This document shows, in pieces, positions 20,975 to 31,490 of a stretch of DNA of 64,000 nucleotides. The notes beneath the pieces were generated by a model. It was not told the origin of the DNA and ran no database searches. It saw nothing but the letters and a program-made list of their open reading frames with translations. The DNA lies in assembly GCA_013287275.1 (NCBI GenBank), contig JABDED010000003.1:11225-75224 (forward strand), written 5' to 3'. The stretch comes from Betaproteobacteria bacterium. Lineage in GTDB: Bacteria; Pseudomonadota; Gammaproteobacteria; Burkholderiales; Burkholderiaceae_D. Position 1 is the stretch's first letter; the number at the start of each line of letters is the position of its first letter. The position numbers and the translations under genes were made by a program.

Positions 20975-21110
20975 GCTTGAAGTTCCTATGCGAAGCAAAT
21001 ATAAGCGACGAATGATTGCGCAGAGGAAGGAGCGTAGCACAGGCATCCGGGAGACTGAAGCCGATGCCTCCATCCGGAAATGAAAAAGGCAGATAGTTCT
21101 ACGATGCTGT

Positions 21111-21562
21111 GCCCGCAAGCGGGCATTCATGTAAGTACAAATAAAAACGCCCGCTTGCGCGGGCATTTGTATTCTTGGCGGAGTGGACGGGACTCGCCCA
21201 CACTTTGCAGGCCGCTGAATCGCTGGTAAGCGATTCCCTTCGAGTCCCGCCGGAAGCCGCGCAGGCGGCTTCCTCCACTCCGCAAAGTGCGATGCCCGCA
21301 AGCGGGCATTTATTTAAGTACAAATAAAAACGCCCGCTTGCGCGGGCATTTGTATTCTTGGCGGAGTGGACGGGACTCGCCCACACTTTGCAGGCCGCTG
21401 AATCGCTGGTAAGCGATTCCCTTCGAGTCCCGCCGGAAGCCGCGCAGGCGGCTTCCTCCACTCCGCAAAGTGCGATGCCCGCAAGCGGGCATTTATTTAA
21501 GTACAAATAAAAACGCCCGCTTGCGCGGGCATTTGTATTCTTGGCGGAGTGGACGGGACTCG
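21111..21562 (-). repeat. tRNA-Asp-linked 183-bp tandem repeat (about 2.5 units), each unit with tRNA 3' end and terminator
   Basis: Unit starts at 21111, 21294, 21477 (exact 183-bp period); tggcggagtggacgggactcg at 21176, 21359 and 21542 (the last is the tRNA itself). Confidence 0.95.
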
Positions 21563-21618
21563 AACCCGCGACCCCCGGCGTGACAGGCCGGTATTCTAAC
21601 CAGCTGAACTACCACTCC
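21542..21618 (-). tRNA. tRNA-Asp (GTC)
   Basis: GGAGTGGTAGTTCAGCTGGTTAGAATACCGGCCTGTCACGCCGG...TTCGAGTCCCGTCCACTCCGCCA, 77 nt. Confidence 0.98.
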
Positions 21619-21648
21619 TAAGATATTGCATTATGTTGAACAGTTTTA

Positions 21649-21724
21649 TGGTGGGCGCTGAGAGGCTCGAACTCCCGACCTAAGCCTTGTAAGGGCTCCG
21701 CTCTACCAACTGAGCTAAGCGCCC
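21649..21724 (-). tRNA. tRNA-Val (TAC)
   Basis: GGGCGCTTAGCTCAGTTGGTAGAGC...CTTACAA...TTCGAGCCTCTCAGCGCCCACCA, 76 nt. Confidence 0.97.
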
Positions 21725-21776
21725 CACGCACAACACTGACAACATGGTGGTGCTTGTCACCGCACCACGAAGTCCA

Positions 21777-22049
21777 TTAGTTTACAGCATCTTTCAAAGC
21801 TTTGCCAGGCCTAAATTTAGGAACTTTGGCCGCCTTGATCTTAATTGCATCGCCTGTACGAGGATTACGGCCTGTCCTGGCGGCACGTTTGCCTACGGAA
21901 AAGGTGCCGAAACCTACCAAAGTGACTGTGCCATTCTTTTTCAATGTCGTTTTTACCGCAGCAATCACTGCGTCCAGTGCGCGTGACGATGCAGCTTTGG
22001 AAATGTCCGCAGTTTTCGCAATGTGATCGATCAATTCAGTTTTATTCAC
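21777..22049 (-). CDS. hupB: DNA-binding protein HU
   Basis: [35 protein letters not shown]; precedes tRNA-Val/Asp and ppiD. Confidence 0.93.
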   Translation of the reverse strand: MNKTELIDHIAKTADISKAASSRALDAVIAAVKTTLKKNGTVTLVGFGTFSVGKRAARTGRNPRTGDAIKIKAAKVPKFRPGKALKDAVN

Positions 22050-22440
22050 TTACGCCCCCTCACAAAAGTTTGACTTCGCAACGATGTATCCGATTATTTT
22101 ATTTGTCGAGCATCCATCACGGCAAGCAGAAAATCTGCAGCCAGTATTAAATCAAGCGGCAAAGCCTTGTGTCAAGCGGTTTGCGTATTTTCATTACAAT
22201 CTATGCCGGTTTTTCATATTAAATCGAAAGTATAATTTCGGCTATCCATTTCGGCGTGAATCGGCTGGTGTCAATGCGAGGCACATACTGGCCGGCACTG
22301 GCAAAACATCCGATAATCGCACGCCCTGATACCATGCATGCCCGGAATATTGCGCTGCCATATTCCGTCATGCAGTTTCCAGGCCGATGTGACAGCGCCG
22401 ATGCCAGCCGCTTCCCGCTACTATTTCCTACTACTTACTA

Positions 22441-23661
22441 ATGACTATGAACACGATAAAACGACTGGGCACGCCTTTATCCCATACTGCAACCAAGGTA
22501 ATGCTGCTGGGATCCGGCGAACTGGGCAAGGAAGTGATTATCTCACTGCAGCGGTTGGGTGTAGAGGTCATCGCCGTGGACCGTTATGAGAATGCGCCCG
22601 GCCACCAGGTCGCCCACAGGTCGCATGTCATCGATATGACGGACGGCGCGGCCCTGGCAAAACTGATAGAGCTGGAGCAACCGGACCTGGTAGTGCCGGA
22701 GATAGAAGCTATCGCCACTCCTACCCTGGTAGAGCTGGAAAATGCCGGCAAGGTCCGAGTCATACCTACAGCGCGCGCCGCATGGCTGACAATGAACCGG
22801 GAAGGAATACGGCGCCTGGCGGCAGAAACCCTGTCCCTGCCGACATCGCCGTACCGCTTTGCCGACAGCCTGGCGGAACTGAAGGCAGCTTGCACGGCCA
22901 TCGGCTTCCCCTGCATCATCAAACCCGTCATGTCCTCGTCCGGCAAGGGCCAGTCCAAAATCGACAACGCCGACGAAGTGGAAGCCGCGTGGAACTATGC
23001 GGCCGCCGGCGGCCGCGTCAACTCCGGTCGCGTCATCGTCGAAGGCTTTATTGATTTCGACTATGAGATCACACAACTGACGGTGCGTGCGATAGGCAAG
23101 GACGGCGCAGTGGAAACCCATTTCTGCGATCCGATAGGTCATGTTCAGGTACACGGCGACTACGTAGAATCCTGGCAGCCGCAAGCAATGCACAGCAAGG
23201 CGCTGGAGCGCGCACGCGACATCGCCAAGAAAGTCACCGACGACCTGGGTGGCCTGGGCCTGTTCGGTGTCGAACTGTTCGTCAAGGACGATATGGTCTG
23301 GTTCTCCGAAGTCAGCCCGCGCCCGCACGATACCGGCATGGTGACGATGGCCAGCCAGGTACAGAATGAATTCGAACTGCATGCGAAGGCTATCCTGGGC
23401 CTGCCTGTGAATGTCGCATTGAAATCACCCGCCGCTTCTGCCGTCATTTACGGCCAGCACAATGAGAAGGCGATTGCGTTTGAAGGCGTGGCAGAGGCGC
23501 TGCAAATCCCAGGCGTGGATATACGTCTATTCGGCAAGCCTGAGTCCTTTACTCGTCGAAGGATGGGCGTGGCGCTGGCTGTGGCGGCGGATACGGATAC
23601 CGCGCGCGAGATTGCCAAGCGCGCCGCGGCTACCGTGAAACCGGTGGTAGTGCCCAAATAA
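22441..23661 (+). CDS. purT: Formate-dependent phosphoribosylglycinamide formyltransferase
   Basis: [49 protein letters not shown]. Confidence 0.96.
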   Translation: MTMNTIKRLGTPLSHTATKVMLLGSGELGKEVIISLQRLGVEVIAVDRYENAPGHQVAHRSHVIDMTDGAALAKLIELEQPDLVVPEIEAIATPTLVELENAGKVRVIPTARAAWLTMNREGIRRLAAETLSLPTSPYRFADSLAELKAACTAIGFPCIIKPVMSSSGKGQSKIDNADEVEAAWNYAAAGGRVNSGRVIVEGFIDFDYEITQLTVRAIGKDGAVETHFCDPIGHVQVHGDYVESWQPQAMHSKALERARDIAKKVTDDLGGLGLFGVELFVKDDMVWFSEVSPRPHDTGMVTMASQVQNEFELHAKAILGLPVNVALKSPAASAVIYGQHNEKAIAFEGVAEALQIPGVDIRLFGKPESFTRRRMGVALAVAADTDTAREIAKRAAATVKPVVVPK

Positions 23662-23731
23662 ATACAGGAAACCTCGTGCCCCATCCATGATCCGCGTTCT
23701 ACGCAGAGCAATCAGGTATTGAATGAGAACT

Positions 23732-23820
23732 GTAGCCTGGATGGAGCGAAGCGTAATCCGGGGGCATTGAGGTTCGCGATCCGCACAGCCCCGGATTACG
23801 CTGCGCTCCATCCAGGCTAC
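23732..23820. repeat. GTAG-type REP doublet, family 1
   Basis: gtagcctggatggagcgaagcgtaatccgggg ... ccccggattacgctgcgctccatccaggctac. Confidence 0.88.
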
Positions 23821-24020
23821 AAGTCACGTTACCGCCGCAAATCTCTATCGCACTAAAAAATATCAATCAAAGTGCCCAAGCCGAAAATAGTCTATAGTTT
23901 AGGATCATTTTGGCACGCCCACCGTGGGCGCCGCGCCGGATGGCAGCAAAAGCATACGCTCACTGTAGCAAAACAAAGCCCTAAGCACTGTCCGCCATAG
24001 CCAATGTATATCAAACTCAT

Positions 24021-25631
24021 ATGAACATGAAATTCGACGTTGCAATAGTAGGTAGCGGCCTGGCGGGCCTATCAGTCGCGCTGCACCTGGCAAAAACACG
24101 CAAGGTGGCGGTCATTTCCAAACGTGAATTGCTGGACGGCGCCAGCAACTGGGCGCAAGGCGGCATTGCCGCCGTGCTGGATTCCGGCGACAGCCACGAC
24201 CAGCACATTTCAGATACGTTGATTGCAGGCGGCGGGCTGTGCGATGAGGGCGCCACCCGCTTCATCATCGAACACGGCCGTGAAGCGATAGACTGGCTGA
24301 TAGAGCAAGGCGTTCCGTTCACCCGCGACGACAGCGCCGAACTGGGCTTCCACCTAACCCGCGAAGGCGGCCATAGCCAGCGCAGGATCATCCACGCGGC
24401 AGACGCCACCGGCCACGCGGTGCAAGTGACGCTGGAAGAGAAAGTCAGGTCCCACCCCAACATCACGCTGCTGGAACACCATTACGCGATCGACGTCATC
24501 ACTACCGCCAAGCTCGGCGACCACACGCCCACGCCGCGTTGCGTAGGCCTGTATGTGCAGGATGTAAAAACCGGCAAGGTGCATACGGTATCGGCGCACC
24601 ATACGGTGATGGCTACCGGCGGCGCCGGCAAGGTCTACCTGTACACCACCAACCCGGACACCGCAACCGGCGACGGCATTGCGATGGCATGGCGCGCGGG
24701 CTGCCGCGTGGCGAACATGGAGTTCATGCAATTCCACCCTACCTGCCTGTACCACCCGTATGCAAAATCTTTCCTGATCACGGAAGCGGTGCGCGGCGAA
24801 GGTGGCGTATTGAAATTACCAGCGGAAGCCGGCAGTGCGGCCGGCACCCGCTTCATGCAGGCGCATGACGAAAGGATGGAACTGGCGCCGCGCGATGTCG
24901 TCGCGCGTGCAATCGACTTTGAAATGAAAAAACGCGGGCTGGATTATGTGGAACTGGATATCAGCCACCAGCCGCCGGAATTCCTCAAGGAACACTTCCC
25001 CACCATCTATGCAAAATGCCTGGAACTGGGCATAGACATCACCAAACAGGCGATCCCCGTGGTGCCTGCAGTGCACTTCACCTGCGGCGGCATCGTCACC
25101 GACACTACCGGCAGGACCGACCTGCCCGGCCTGTATGCGGTAGGCGAAACTGCCTATACCGGCCTGCACGGCGCCAACCGCCTGGCCAGCAACTCGCTGC
25201 TGGAATGCTTGGTAATCGGCAAGGCCGCGGCACAGCATATAGCCAGCCAGCCGGAAGCGGAATTCCGTAAACTGCCGTCCTGGGATGAAAGCCGGGTATC
25301 GGATGCCGATGAAGAAGTCGTCATCGCCCACAACTGGGACGAACTGCGCCGCTTCATGTGGAACTATGTGGGCATCGTGCGCACTACCAAGCGCCTGGAA
25401 AGGGCCAAGCACCGCATCCGCCTGCTGAAGGAAGAGATTGACGAATACTATGCCAACTTCCGCATCTCCAATAACCTGCTGGAATTGCGAAACCTGGTGG
25501 AAGTGGCCTCGCTGATCGTCAATAGCGCGCTATCGCGCCGCGAAAGCCGCGGCCTGCACTTCAGCCGCGACTATCCGGACACCTTGCCGAAAGCGCTGGC
25601 GACAGTGCTGTCTCCGAAGCGGAAGAAATAG
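24021..25631 (+). CDS. nadB: L-aspartate oxidase
   Basis: [46 protein letters not shown]. Confidence 0.96.
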   Translation: MNMKFDVAIVGSGLAGLSVALHLAKTRKVAVISKRELLDGASNWAQGGIAAVLDSGDSHDQHISDTLIAGGGLCDEGATRFIIEHGREAIDWLIEQGVPFTRDDSAELGFHLTREGGHSQRRIIHAADATGHAVQVTLEEKVRSHPNITLLEHHYAIDVITTAKLGDHTPTPRCVGLYVQDVKTGKVHTVSAHHTVMATGGAGKVYLYTTNPDTATGDGIAMAWRAGCRVANMEFMQFHPTCLYHPYAKSFLITEAVRGEGGVLKLPAEAGSAAGTRFMQAHDERMELAPRDVVARAIDFEMKKRGLDYVELDISHQPPEFLKEHFPTIYAKCLELGIDITKQAIPVVPAVHFTCGGIVTDTTGRTDLPGLYAVGETAYTGLHGANRLASNSLLECLVIGKAAAQHIASQPEAEFRKLPSWDESRVSDADEEVVIAHNWDELRRFMWNYVGIVRTTKRLERAKHRIRLLKEEIDEYYANFRISNNLLELRNLVEVASLIVNSALSRRESRGLHFSRDYPDTLPKALATVLSPKRKK

Positions 25632-25645
25632 CTGTACCCGGAAAC

Positions 25646-25683
25646 GAAAAGAGCGCCCGGATTTTTAGCGGCGCTCTTTTTTT
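25646..25683 (+). terminator. Terminator after nadB
   Basis: aaaagagcgcc...ggcgctctttttt. Confidence 0.65.
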
Positions 25684-25704
25684 ATTTGAGGTGATAAATT
25701 ATTC

Positions 25705-25839
25705 GTAGGGTGTGATAGCGCAGCGTATCGCACCAATGAGCTTTAGAAAAAATGCATCGCCACTAATTGGATGGAACATCGAAACCCGCTGCATGGCGTC
25801 AGGCGTTGACTGTGCGATACGCTGCGCTATCACACCTAC
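25705..25839. repeat. GTAG-type REP doublet, family 2
   Basis: gtagggtgtgatagcgcagcgtatcgcac ... gtgcgatacgctgcgctatcacacctac, between convergent nadB and nadC. Confidence 0.8.
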
Positions 25840-25851
25840 TTTCATTCTCCG

Positions 25852-26739
25852 CTAGATGATGCGCAGCGAAAAATCTGTCGCCTTCACATCCTTGGTCAGG
25901 CTGCCTATCGATATCCTGTCCACGCCGGTCTCGGCGATCGCCCGCACCGTCGTCGCATCCACGCCCCCCGAAGCTTCCAGCACTGCGCGCCCTGCTGTCA
26001 ACCCTACCGCCTCGCGCATCATATCCGTCGTAAAATTATCCAGCAAGATGGATTTTGCGCCCGCCTGCAGCGCATCATCCAGCTCCTTCAGGTTTTCCAC
26101 TTCTATCTGTATGCTGACGCCGGCATTCAGCGCCAGCGCCGCCTGCATCGCTGCGGTAACGCCGCCCGCTGCTGCAATGTGATTTTCCTTGATCAGGATG
26201 CCGTCATACAGCGCCAGCCTCTGGTTCTTGCCGCCGCCCACGCGTACCGCGTATTTTTGCGCCAGCCGCAAACCCGGCATGGTCTTGCGGGTATCAAGTA
26301 TCGCCGCGCGCGTGCCTGCCACGATCTGCGTATAGCGGCGTGTCGCGCTGGCGACACCGGACAGTAGCTGCAGGAAGTTCAAGGCGCCGCGCTCGGCAGT
26401 CAGCAAGGCGCGCGCCGGCGCCTCTATCTTGCACACTACCGTATCGGCAGCCATCAGCGCACCTTCCGCATATTGCCAGCTGATGCGGATGCCGGCATCC
26501 AGTTGCTTCATCACTGCCTCAAACCACGGCGCGCCGCACAGCACGGCCTGCTCGCGCACGACTACGTGGGCATTGACCCATTCATCCGCCGGCACCAGCT
26601 TGCCGGTCAAGTCGCCGCTGCCCACGTCTTCCGTCAGTGCGTCGGAGACATTGCGCTCAAAGGCCGCAGCGAGTGCGCTATCGAAAGGGGCAAAGGGATT
26701 GTTCAGCGTGGATGGGAAATCTTGAATTTGCGCGCTCAT
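25852..26739 (-). CDS. nadC: Quinolinate phosphoribosyltransferase
   Basis: [34 protein letters not shown]. Confidence 0.96.
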   Translation of the reverse strand: MSAQIQDFPSTLNNPFAPFDSALAAAFERNVSDALTEDVGSGDLTGKLVPADEWVNAHVVVREQAVLCGAPWFEAVMKQLDAGIRISWQYAEGALMAADTVVCKIEAPARALLTAERGALNFLQLLSGVASATRRYTQIVAGTRAAILDTRKTMPGLRLAQKYAVRVGGGKNQRLALYDGILIKENHIAAAGGVTAAMQAALALNAGVSIQIEVENLKELDDALQAGAKSILLDNFTTDMMREAVGLTAGRAVLEASGGVDATTVRAIAETGVDRISIGSLTKDVKATDFSLRII

Positions 26740-27875
26740 GCGGGGCCTATACCGGAAAACAGTTTTTGCTCTTGCGCCAGGTCGCCGCTCGGACGCACAT
26801 TGGCTTTTTTCTTTGCTGCGAAGTCCAGCATGCGGTCTATGCAGACCGTCGCCTTCTTGCCAAGCTCGGGGTCGACGTGGATCTCATTGGCGCCGGTTTC
26901 CAATACCTGCGCCAGGTTGGCCAGGCCGTTCATTGCCATCCAAGGGCAGTGCGCGCAGCTCTTGCAGGTGGCGCTGTTGCCGGCGGTGGGGGCAACGATA
27001 AAGCGCTTGTCCGGCGCCGCCATCTGCATCTTGTGCAAGATGCCGTTGTCGGTGGCGACGATGAATTCTTTCGCATCCATATTTTTGGCGGCGTTGATCA
27101 TTTGCGTGGTGGAGCCCACCACGTCTGCCAGCGCCACTACCGAGGCCGGGGACTCCGGATGCACCAGCACCTTGGCGTTCGGATATTCTTCCTTCAGCGT
27201 TTCCAGCTCGACTGACTTGAACTCGTCATGCACCAGGCAGGAGCCCTGCCACAACAGCATGTCGGCGCCGGTCTGCTTCTGGATATAGGCGCCCAGATGT
27301 TTGTCCGGCGCCCACAGGATTTTTTTGCCTTGCGCATGCAGGTCGGCAACGATGTCCAGGCCTATGCTGGAAGTGACCATCCAGTCAGCCCTGGCTTTTA
27401 CCGCTGCGCTGGTATTGGCATACACCACTACGGTGCGGTCAGGATGCGCATCGCAAAAGGCGCTGAATTCATCTGCCGGACAACCCAGGTCCAGCGAGCA
27501 GGTCGCATCCAGGTCCGGCATCAGGATGCGTTTTTCCGGACTGAGTATCTTTGCGGTCTCGCCCATGAAACGCACCCCGGCGACCACCAATGTCTTGGCC
27601 GGATGGTCGCGCCCAAAGCGGGCCATCTCCAGCGAATCGGACACGCAACCGCCGGTTTCTTCCGCCAGGTCCTGGATATCGGCATCGACATAATAGTGGG
27701 CGACCAGCACTGCATTTTGTTCGCGCAGTAACTGTCTGATACGCTGCTTCAGCGCTGTTTTTTCCGTAGCGGAAGGCACGACCGGGATTTTGGCCCAGGC
27801 ATTGGCGACACAACTGGTGCCGCTGTCCATCTGTGGACGTTCAAACTCTACAACTTTGGTAGCTTCCATCTGCAT
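26736..27875 (-). CDS. nadA: Quinolinate synthase
   Basis: [44 protein letters not shown]; start uncertain (27875 or 27869). Confidence 0.95.
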   Translation of the reverse strand: MQMEATKVVEFERPQMDSGTSCVANAWAKIPVVPSATEKTALKQRIRQLLREQNAVLVAHYYVDADIQDLAEETGGCVSDSLEMARFGRDHPAKTLVVAGVRFMGETAKILSPEKRILMPDLDATCSLDLGCPADEFSAFCDAHPDRTVVVYANTSAAVKARADWMVTSSIGLDIVADLHAQGKKILWAPDKHLGAYIQKQTGADMLLWQGSCLVHDEFKSVELETLKEEYPNAKVLVHPESPASVVALADVVGSTTQMINAAKNMDAKEFIVATDNGILHKMQMAAPDKRFIVAPTAGNSATCKSCAHCPWMAMNGLANLAQVLETGANEIHVDPELGKKATVCIDRMLDFAAKKKANVRPSGDLAQEQKLFSGIGPA

Positions 27876-28195
27876 GATTCGTTTGGGTCTTAAACGCCTG
27901 CCCTTGCATATCGCCAGGGCTCCCGGCATTTGTTGCCTAAAAAATTAAAGTTCTTAAAGTGTACCCTAGCTTAGGCTTCGTCGCAGGACGCAGGCAGGCG
28001 GCGGGATATCAACTTGTTGCAAGACGAGGATGATACAAGCCCTATTCAGGAAATTGCTAGTGAATTCATATTCCTTGCGATATATTCAACACGTTGTTTA
28101 AAAATATGGCACGCTGGAACGCTTCATGCACCGAAGAAGCTCGTTGTCGAAAATGTTTGCCGGTTTATAAATTCTAATAATATGGAGATACCCGA

Positions 28196-29449
28196 ATGAA
28201 ACATCGTTTGAAGAAAATAGGCCCGGCATTGTTGCTCGCCGCGCTTGCCACTACGGGCTTTGCAAGCCATGCGCAGGCGGAGAACGTTAAAATTGCCTTT
28301 ATCGACGCGCTGTCCGGCGCCTTTGCTCCTCCAGGGCAGACCGCCCTGAAAAACTTCCAGATGATTGCCGATTTGGCAAACCAGCAAAAATGGGCGGGCA
28401 ACAACACGATAGAAGTGGTCGGTTTTGACGGCAAGGGCAGCCCGCAGGATTCCTCCACCCAGTTGAAGAATGCAATTGACCAGGGCTACCGCTATGTGAC
28501 GCAGGGCGGCGGTTCCGGCGTGGCATTTGCACTGATAGAAGCCATCAACAAGCACAATGAGCGCAACCCCGGCAAGGAACTGGTGTTCCTGGATTTTGCC
28601 GCGCTGGACCCCGACCTGACCAACGCCAAATGCAGCTTCTGGCATTTCCGTTTTGAACCCAACTCAGACATGCGCATGGAAGCGCTGACCAGCTTCATGG
28701 CCAAGGACCAAGGCATCAAGAAAGTGTTCGTCATCGGACAGAACTATGCGCTGGGCCACCAGGTGAGCCGGGCCTCCAAGGACTATCTGAAACGCAAGCG
28801 GCCCGATATACAGATCGTCGGCGACGACCTGCACCCTATCGCTACCGTCAAGGATTTCTCACCCTACGTGGCCAAGATCAAGGCCTCCGGTGCCGATTCC
28901 GTCATCACCGGCAACTGGGGCAATGACCTGGCCTTGCTGATCAAGGCCGCCAAAGAAGCCGACCTGAAAGCCAATTTCTACACCTACACCGCCTACACCA
29001 CTGGCGTGCCGACCGCGATGGGTTCCGCCGGCGTGGACCGGGTAAAGAATGTCAGCAACTGGAACATCAATAACGAAACCTATGCCGGCCACGAGATTGC
29101 GGAAGCCTTCAAGAAAAAATACAACGAAGACTACTGGCTGATGTCCAGCCACAGCGAGATCGCGATGCTGTCCAAGGCGATCAAGGACACCGGCTCCACC
29201 GATCCGGTGAAGGTCGCCTTTGCGATGGAGGGGATGAAGATCAAGAGCCTGAACGGAGAAGTGGAAATGCGCAAGACCGACCACCAGGCGCAGCAGCCGA
29301 TCTATATCACGACCTGGACCAAGACCAATGGCAAGGACGTCAGATACGATCAGGAAAACACCGGTTATGGCTGGAAAACAACACAAAAGATCGATAGCTT
29401 TGTAGCAAGCCAGCCCACCTCCTGCGAAATGAAGCGCCCAGCCAGGTAA
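28196..29449 (+). CDS. Branched-chain amino acid-type ABC substrate-binding protein (no cognate permease adjacent)
   Basis: Signal peptide, VKIAFIDALSG, DFSPYVAKIKASGAD.VITGNWG. Confidence 0.85.
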   Translation: MKHRLKKIGPALLLAALATTGFASHAQAENVKIAFIDALSGAFAPPGQTALKNFQMIADLANQQKWAGNNTIEVVGFDGKGSPQDSSTQLKNAIDQGYRYVTQGGGSGVAFALIEAINKHNERNPGKELVFLDFAALDPDLTNAKCSFWHFRFEPNSDMRMEALTSFMAKDQGIKKVFVIGQNYALGHQVSRASKDYLKRKRPDIQIVGDDLHPIATVKDFSPYVAKIKASGADSVITGNWGNDLALLIKAAKEADLKANFYTYTAYTTGVPTAMGSAGVDRVKNVSNWNINNETYAGHEIAEAFKKKYNEDYWLMSSHSEIAMLSKAIKDTGSTDPVKVAFAMEGMKIKSLNGEVEMRKTDHQAQQPIYITTWTKTNGKDVRYDQENTGYGWKTTQKIDSFVASQPTSCEMKRPAR

Positions 29450-29683
29450 GCGGCATGGCCAGGTGAGGATTCTTTGCATCCAAATAGTGTACGCGATGCA
29501 AAGAGCCCTCAAAGAGCCTTGTTAATGGCCTGGCCAGGCTGGAAAACCCCACGATTGGGAATTGCGGCATGACGCAATTTAATTGCTCAAGTCCCTTGGG
29601 CAAAGCGTAGAATAGTTTAGCGCGACATCTGCTGCCTGATTTGTCCGCGCTCCCCCACAGCATCACCAGCTAGCGAGGAAGAC

Positions 29684-29962
29684 ATGAACCTTCTAAAACC
29701 ACCGACCTATGTAGTCGACTTCACGCAAAAAACGATCCTGGCTGTGCTGTCCCCTGCTGCAATGGAGGGGGATGAGGTCGACCTGGACGTCTATGTCAAT
29801 AAAGACGTTGCCCAGAAATTTGAAGCCAAAGGCCAGAGGCTGGCGGAAGATCGGGATAAATTCCGGGTAACGACTAACGTCGGCGGCGCCATCGACACGC
29901 ATGACTGGAACTATACGATATTGCGGGAATCTGCAGACCGGCATCGCAAGACAAAAAAATAG
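29684..29962 (+). CDS. Hypothetical protein
   Basis: SD gagga before ATG; 92 aa; no motif recognised. Confidence 0.6.
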   Translation: MNLLKPPTYVVDFTQKTILAVLSPAAMEGDEVDLDVYVNKDVAQKFEAKGQRLAEDRDKFRVTTNVGGAIDTHDWNYTILRESADRHRKTKK

Positions 29963-30007
29963 ACGCCGCCAAACGCAGGCCGGGAAAAGCGGCCGCGTTG
30001 CCTGTTT

Positions 30008-30238
30008 TCAGCGCGCTGACAACATCTCCCTGGCTACTTTAAGCGCGGCCTCTTGCGCGGCCTGCTCGCTGTTGAATACCTCTTCCACACAGACTTGCTG
30101 GTTAGGGAAAACACTGTGACGGTGCATGGGATTCGAGCTGGGGCCATAGATCGTGAGGTAGGCGGTCCAGTTGCTGCTATTGGCTACCCGCACTCCAGAT
30201 ATCTCGATCTCGTGCCCCTTGATCTGCTCTGTCCGCAT
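30008..30238 (-). CDS. Small hypothetical protein
   Basis: SD ggagg before ATG 30238; resembles the ORF at 31491-31739. Confidence 0.65.
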   Translation of the reverse strand: MRTEQIKGHEIEISGVRVANSSNWTAYLTIYGPSSNPMHRHSVFPNQQVCVEEVFNSEQAAQEAALKVAREMLSAR

Positions 30239-30342
30239 AGCTGCCTCCGTTATATTTGTTAAAAATCTTATCACGGAGCGCGCATGCGCACTTTTAAAGT
30301 TGGCAAGCCATTCGTATCAGGAATGTTTGCCGGAGCCGCCGG

Positions 30343-30867
30343 CTACCAACCGACGAATTTATCCGCCTCTGCCGTTGCCAGCCTCGCATTGACTACCAGT
30401 TGCGCTTCCACCTGTTCCGCATGCGATCTTTTTTCATCCGCCTCTGCCGCTGTGGCGCTACGGTCCGTCGCCGCGCCGCCGCCCATTTTCTGTTCGCACA
30501 AGGCGGTCCACGCAGCCATCGCCTCCAGGTCGCTGATGGTGATCTTGAGTTCAGCCGGACAGTTCCTGGCCTTCAGCGCAGCGATGTTTTCGCGTATCGC
30601 CGCCATCTTGGAGGAATCGTAGGCAAAGCCGCCGTTTTCCAGCGCCAGGCGGCACTGGCGGGCAATCTCTTTCAGTTCAGACGCGGTATCCCTGGCGATA
30701 CGCCAGGCCTCAACACAGACGGCGGCATAGTCGTCCGCCTCTTTCTTGCGTTGCGCGCGGCTGACAAATACCGTTTTCAATTTTTCTTGCAGCAACGCCA
30801 TGACTGTCGTTGCAAACGAATCTTTCCCGACCATACCTGAACTCTCGTATTGATAATGACTTGGCAC
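30343..30867 (-). CDS. Hypothetical alpha-helical protein
   Basis: Ala/Glu/Lys-rich ORF; start uncertain. Confidence 0.5.
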   Translation of the reverse strand: MPSHYQYESSGMVGKDSFATTVMALLQEKLKTVFVSRAQRKKEADDYAAVCVEAWRIARDTASELKEIARQCRLALENGGFAYDSSKMAAIRENIAALKARNCPAELKITISDLEAMAAWTALCEQKMGGGAATDRSATAAEADEKRSHAEQVEAQLVVNARLATAEADKFVGW

Positions 30868-31189
30868 AACCCACTTTCAAAAAGTGTCGTGAATATGTGC
30901 TCTAAAACGCAGCATTATACCTGCAGGCAATTCTGCCCAGATGAAACAAAGACCGAATCGAAACATTCGCCTGAACGAATCGTCATTTGCATGATTTATC
31001 AATGAACAATCATGTTGCAAAAGCTACAAGCGCGGCAACCCCGCACACAACAGCATTGTCGTCCTTGGAAGCCAGCTTTGGATGAGATTTTCTTGTACGT
31101 AAGATTATTCCTACACAAGCACGAGAGTTTCCTCCGTTATCTTTTTAACTATGGCGAAGTAAGATGAGCTTATTGGAATTTTTAACGCA

Positions 31190-31390
31190 GTGCAGCAAAT
31201 GGCAAAAAAATCTAAAGAAATGGAAAAAGCTGACAAAACGAGCGCGGACGCAAATGCCTGGAGGCTGAGCGTGATCCCTGAAGTAGCGGCCCAGGGCGCG
31301 AAGACTGAAAGTCCGGACGAAGCCAGCTTGCGCCTGTATGCCGAGATGGTGGAACATGCAGTCCGCCCCACTCCGGAAAGCTCATGTTGA
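31190..31390 (+). CDS. Small hypothetical protein
   Basis: Short ORF followed by a terminator hairpin (acccgc...gcgggtttttt, about 31411-31433). Confidence 0.35.
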   Translation: MQQMAKKSKEMEKADKTSADANAWRLSVIPEVAAQGAKTESPDEASLRLYAEMVEHAVRPTPESSC

Positions 31391-31490
31391 AATCCCCTGC
31401 AGCACCCTTAACCCGCCGCGCGCGGGTTTTTTTGTGCTCTGGTGAAATATATAGCTGCTCTGGAAGAATATATAGCCGGGCTCTTAAAGA

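Noticed and set aside
20975-21506. N-terminal extension of the GNAT ORF and the 135-aa repeat ORF
   Set aside because: Open frames arise because the repeat period is a multiple of 3; GNAT-like sequence begins at 20974
21111-21562. CRISPR array
   Set aside because: Units are 183 bp and essentially identical, with no unique spacers and no cas genes in the window
23955-23975. NadQ-type operator upstream of nadB
   Set aside because: Only one half-site (tacgctca) fits and the spacing is off
27876-28020. NAD-sensing riboswitch upstream of nadA
   Set aside because: Only a short complementarity (cgcctgcc/ggcaggcg) was seen; no recognisable consensus, needs an Infernal scan
31446-31476. Direct repeat aatatatagc twice, 21 bp apart
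   Set aside because: Only two short AT-rich copies between convergent ORFs; no functional context
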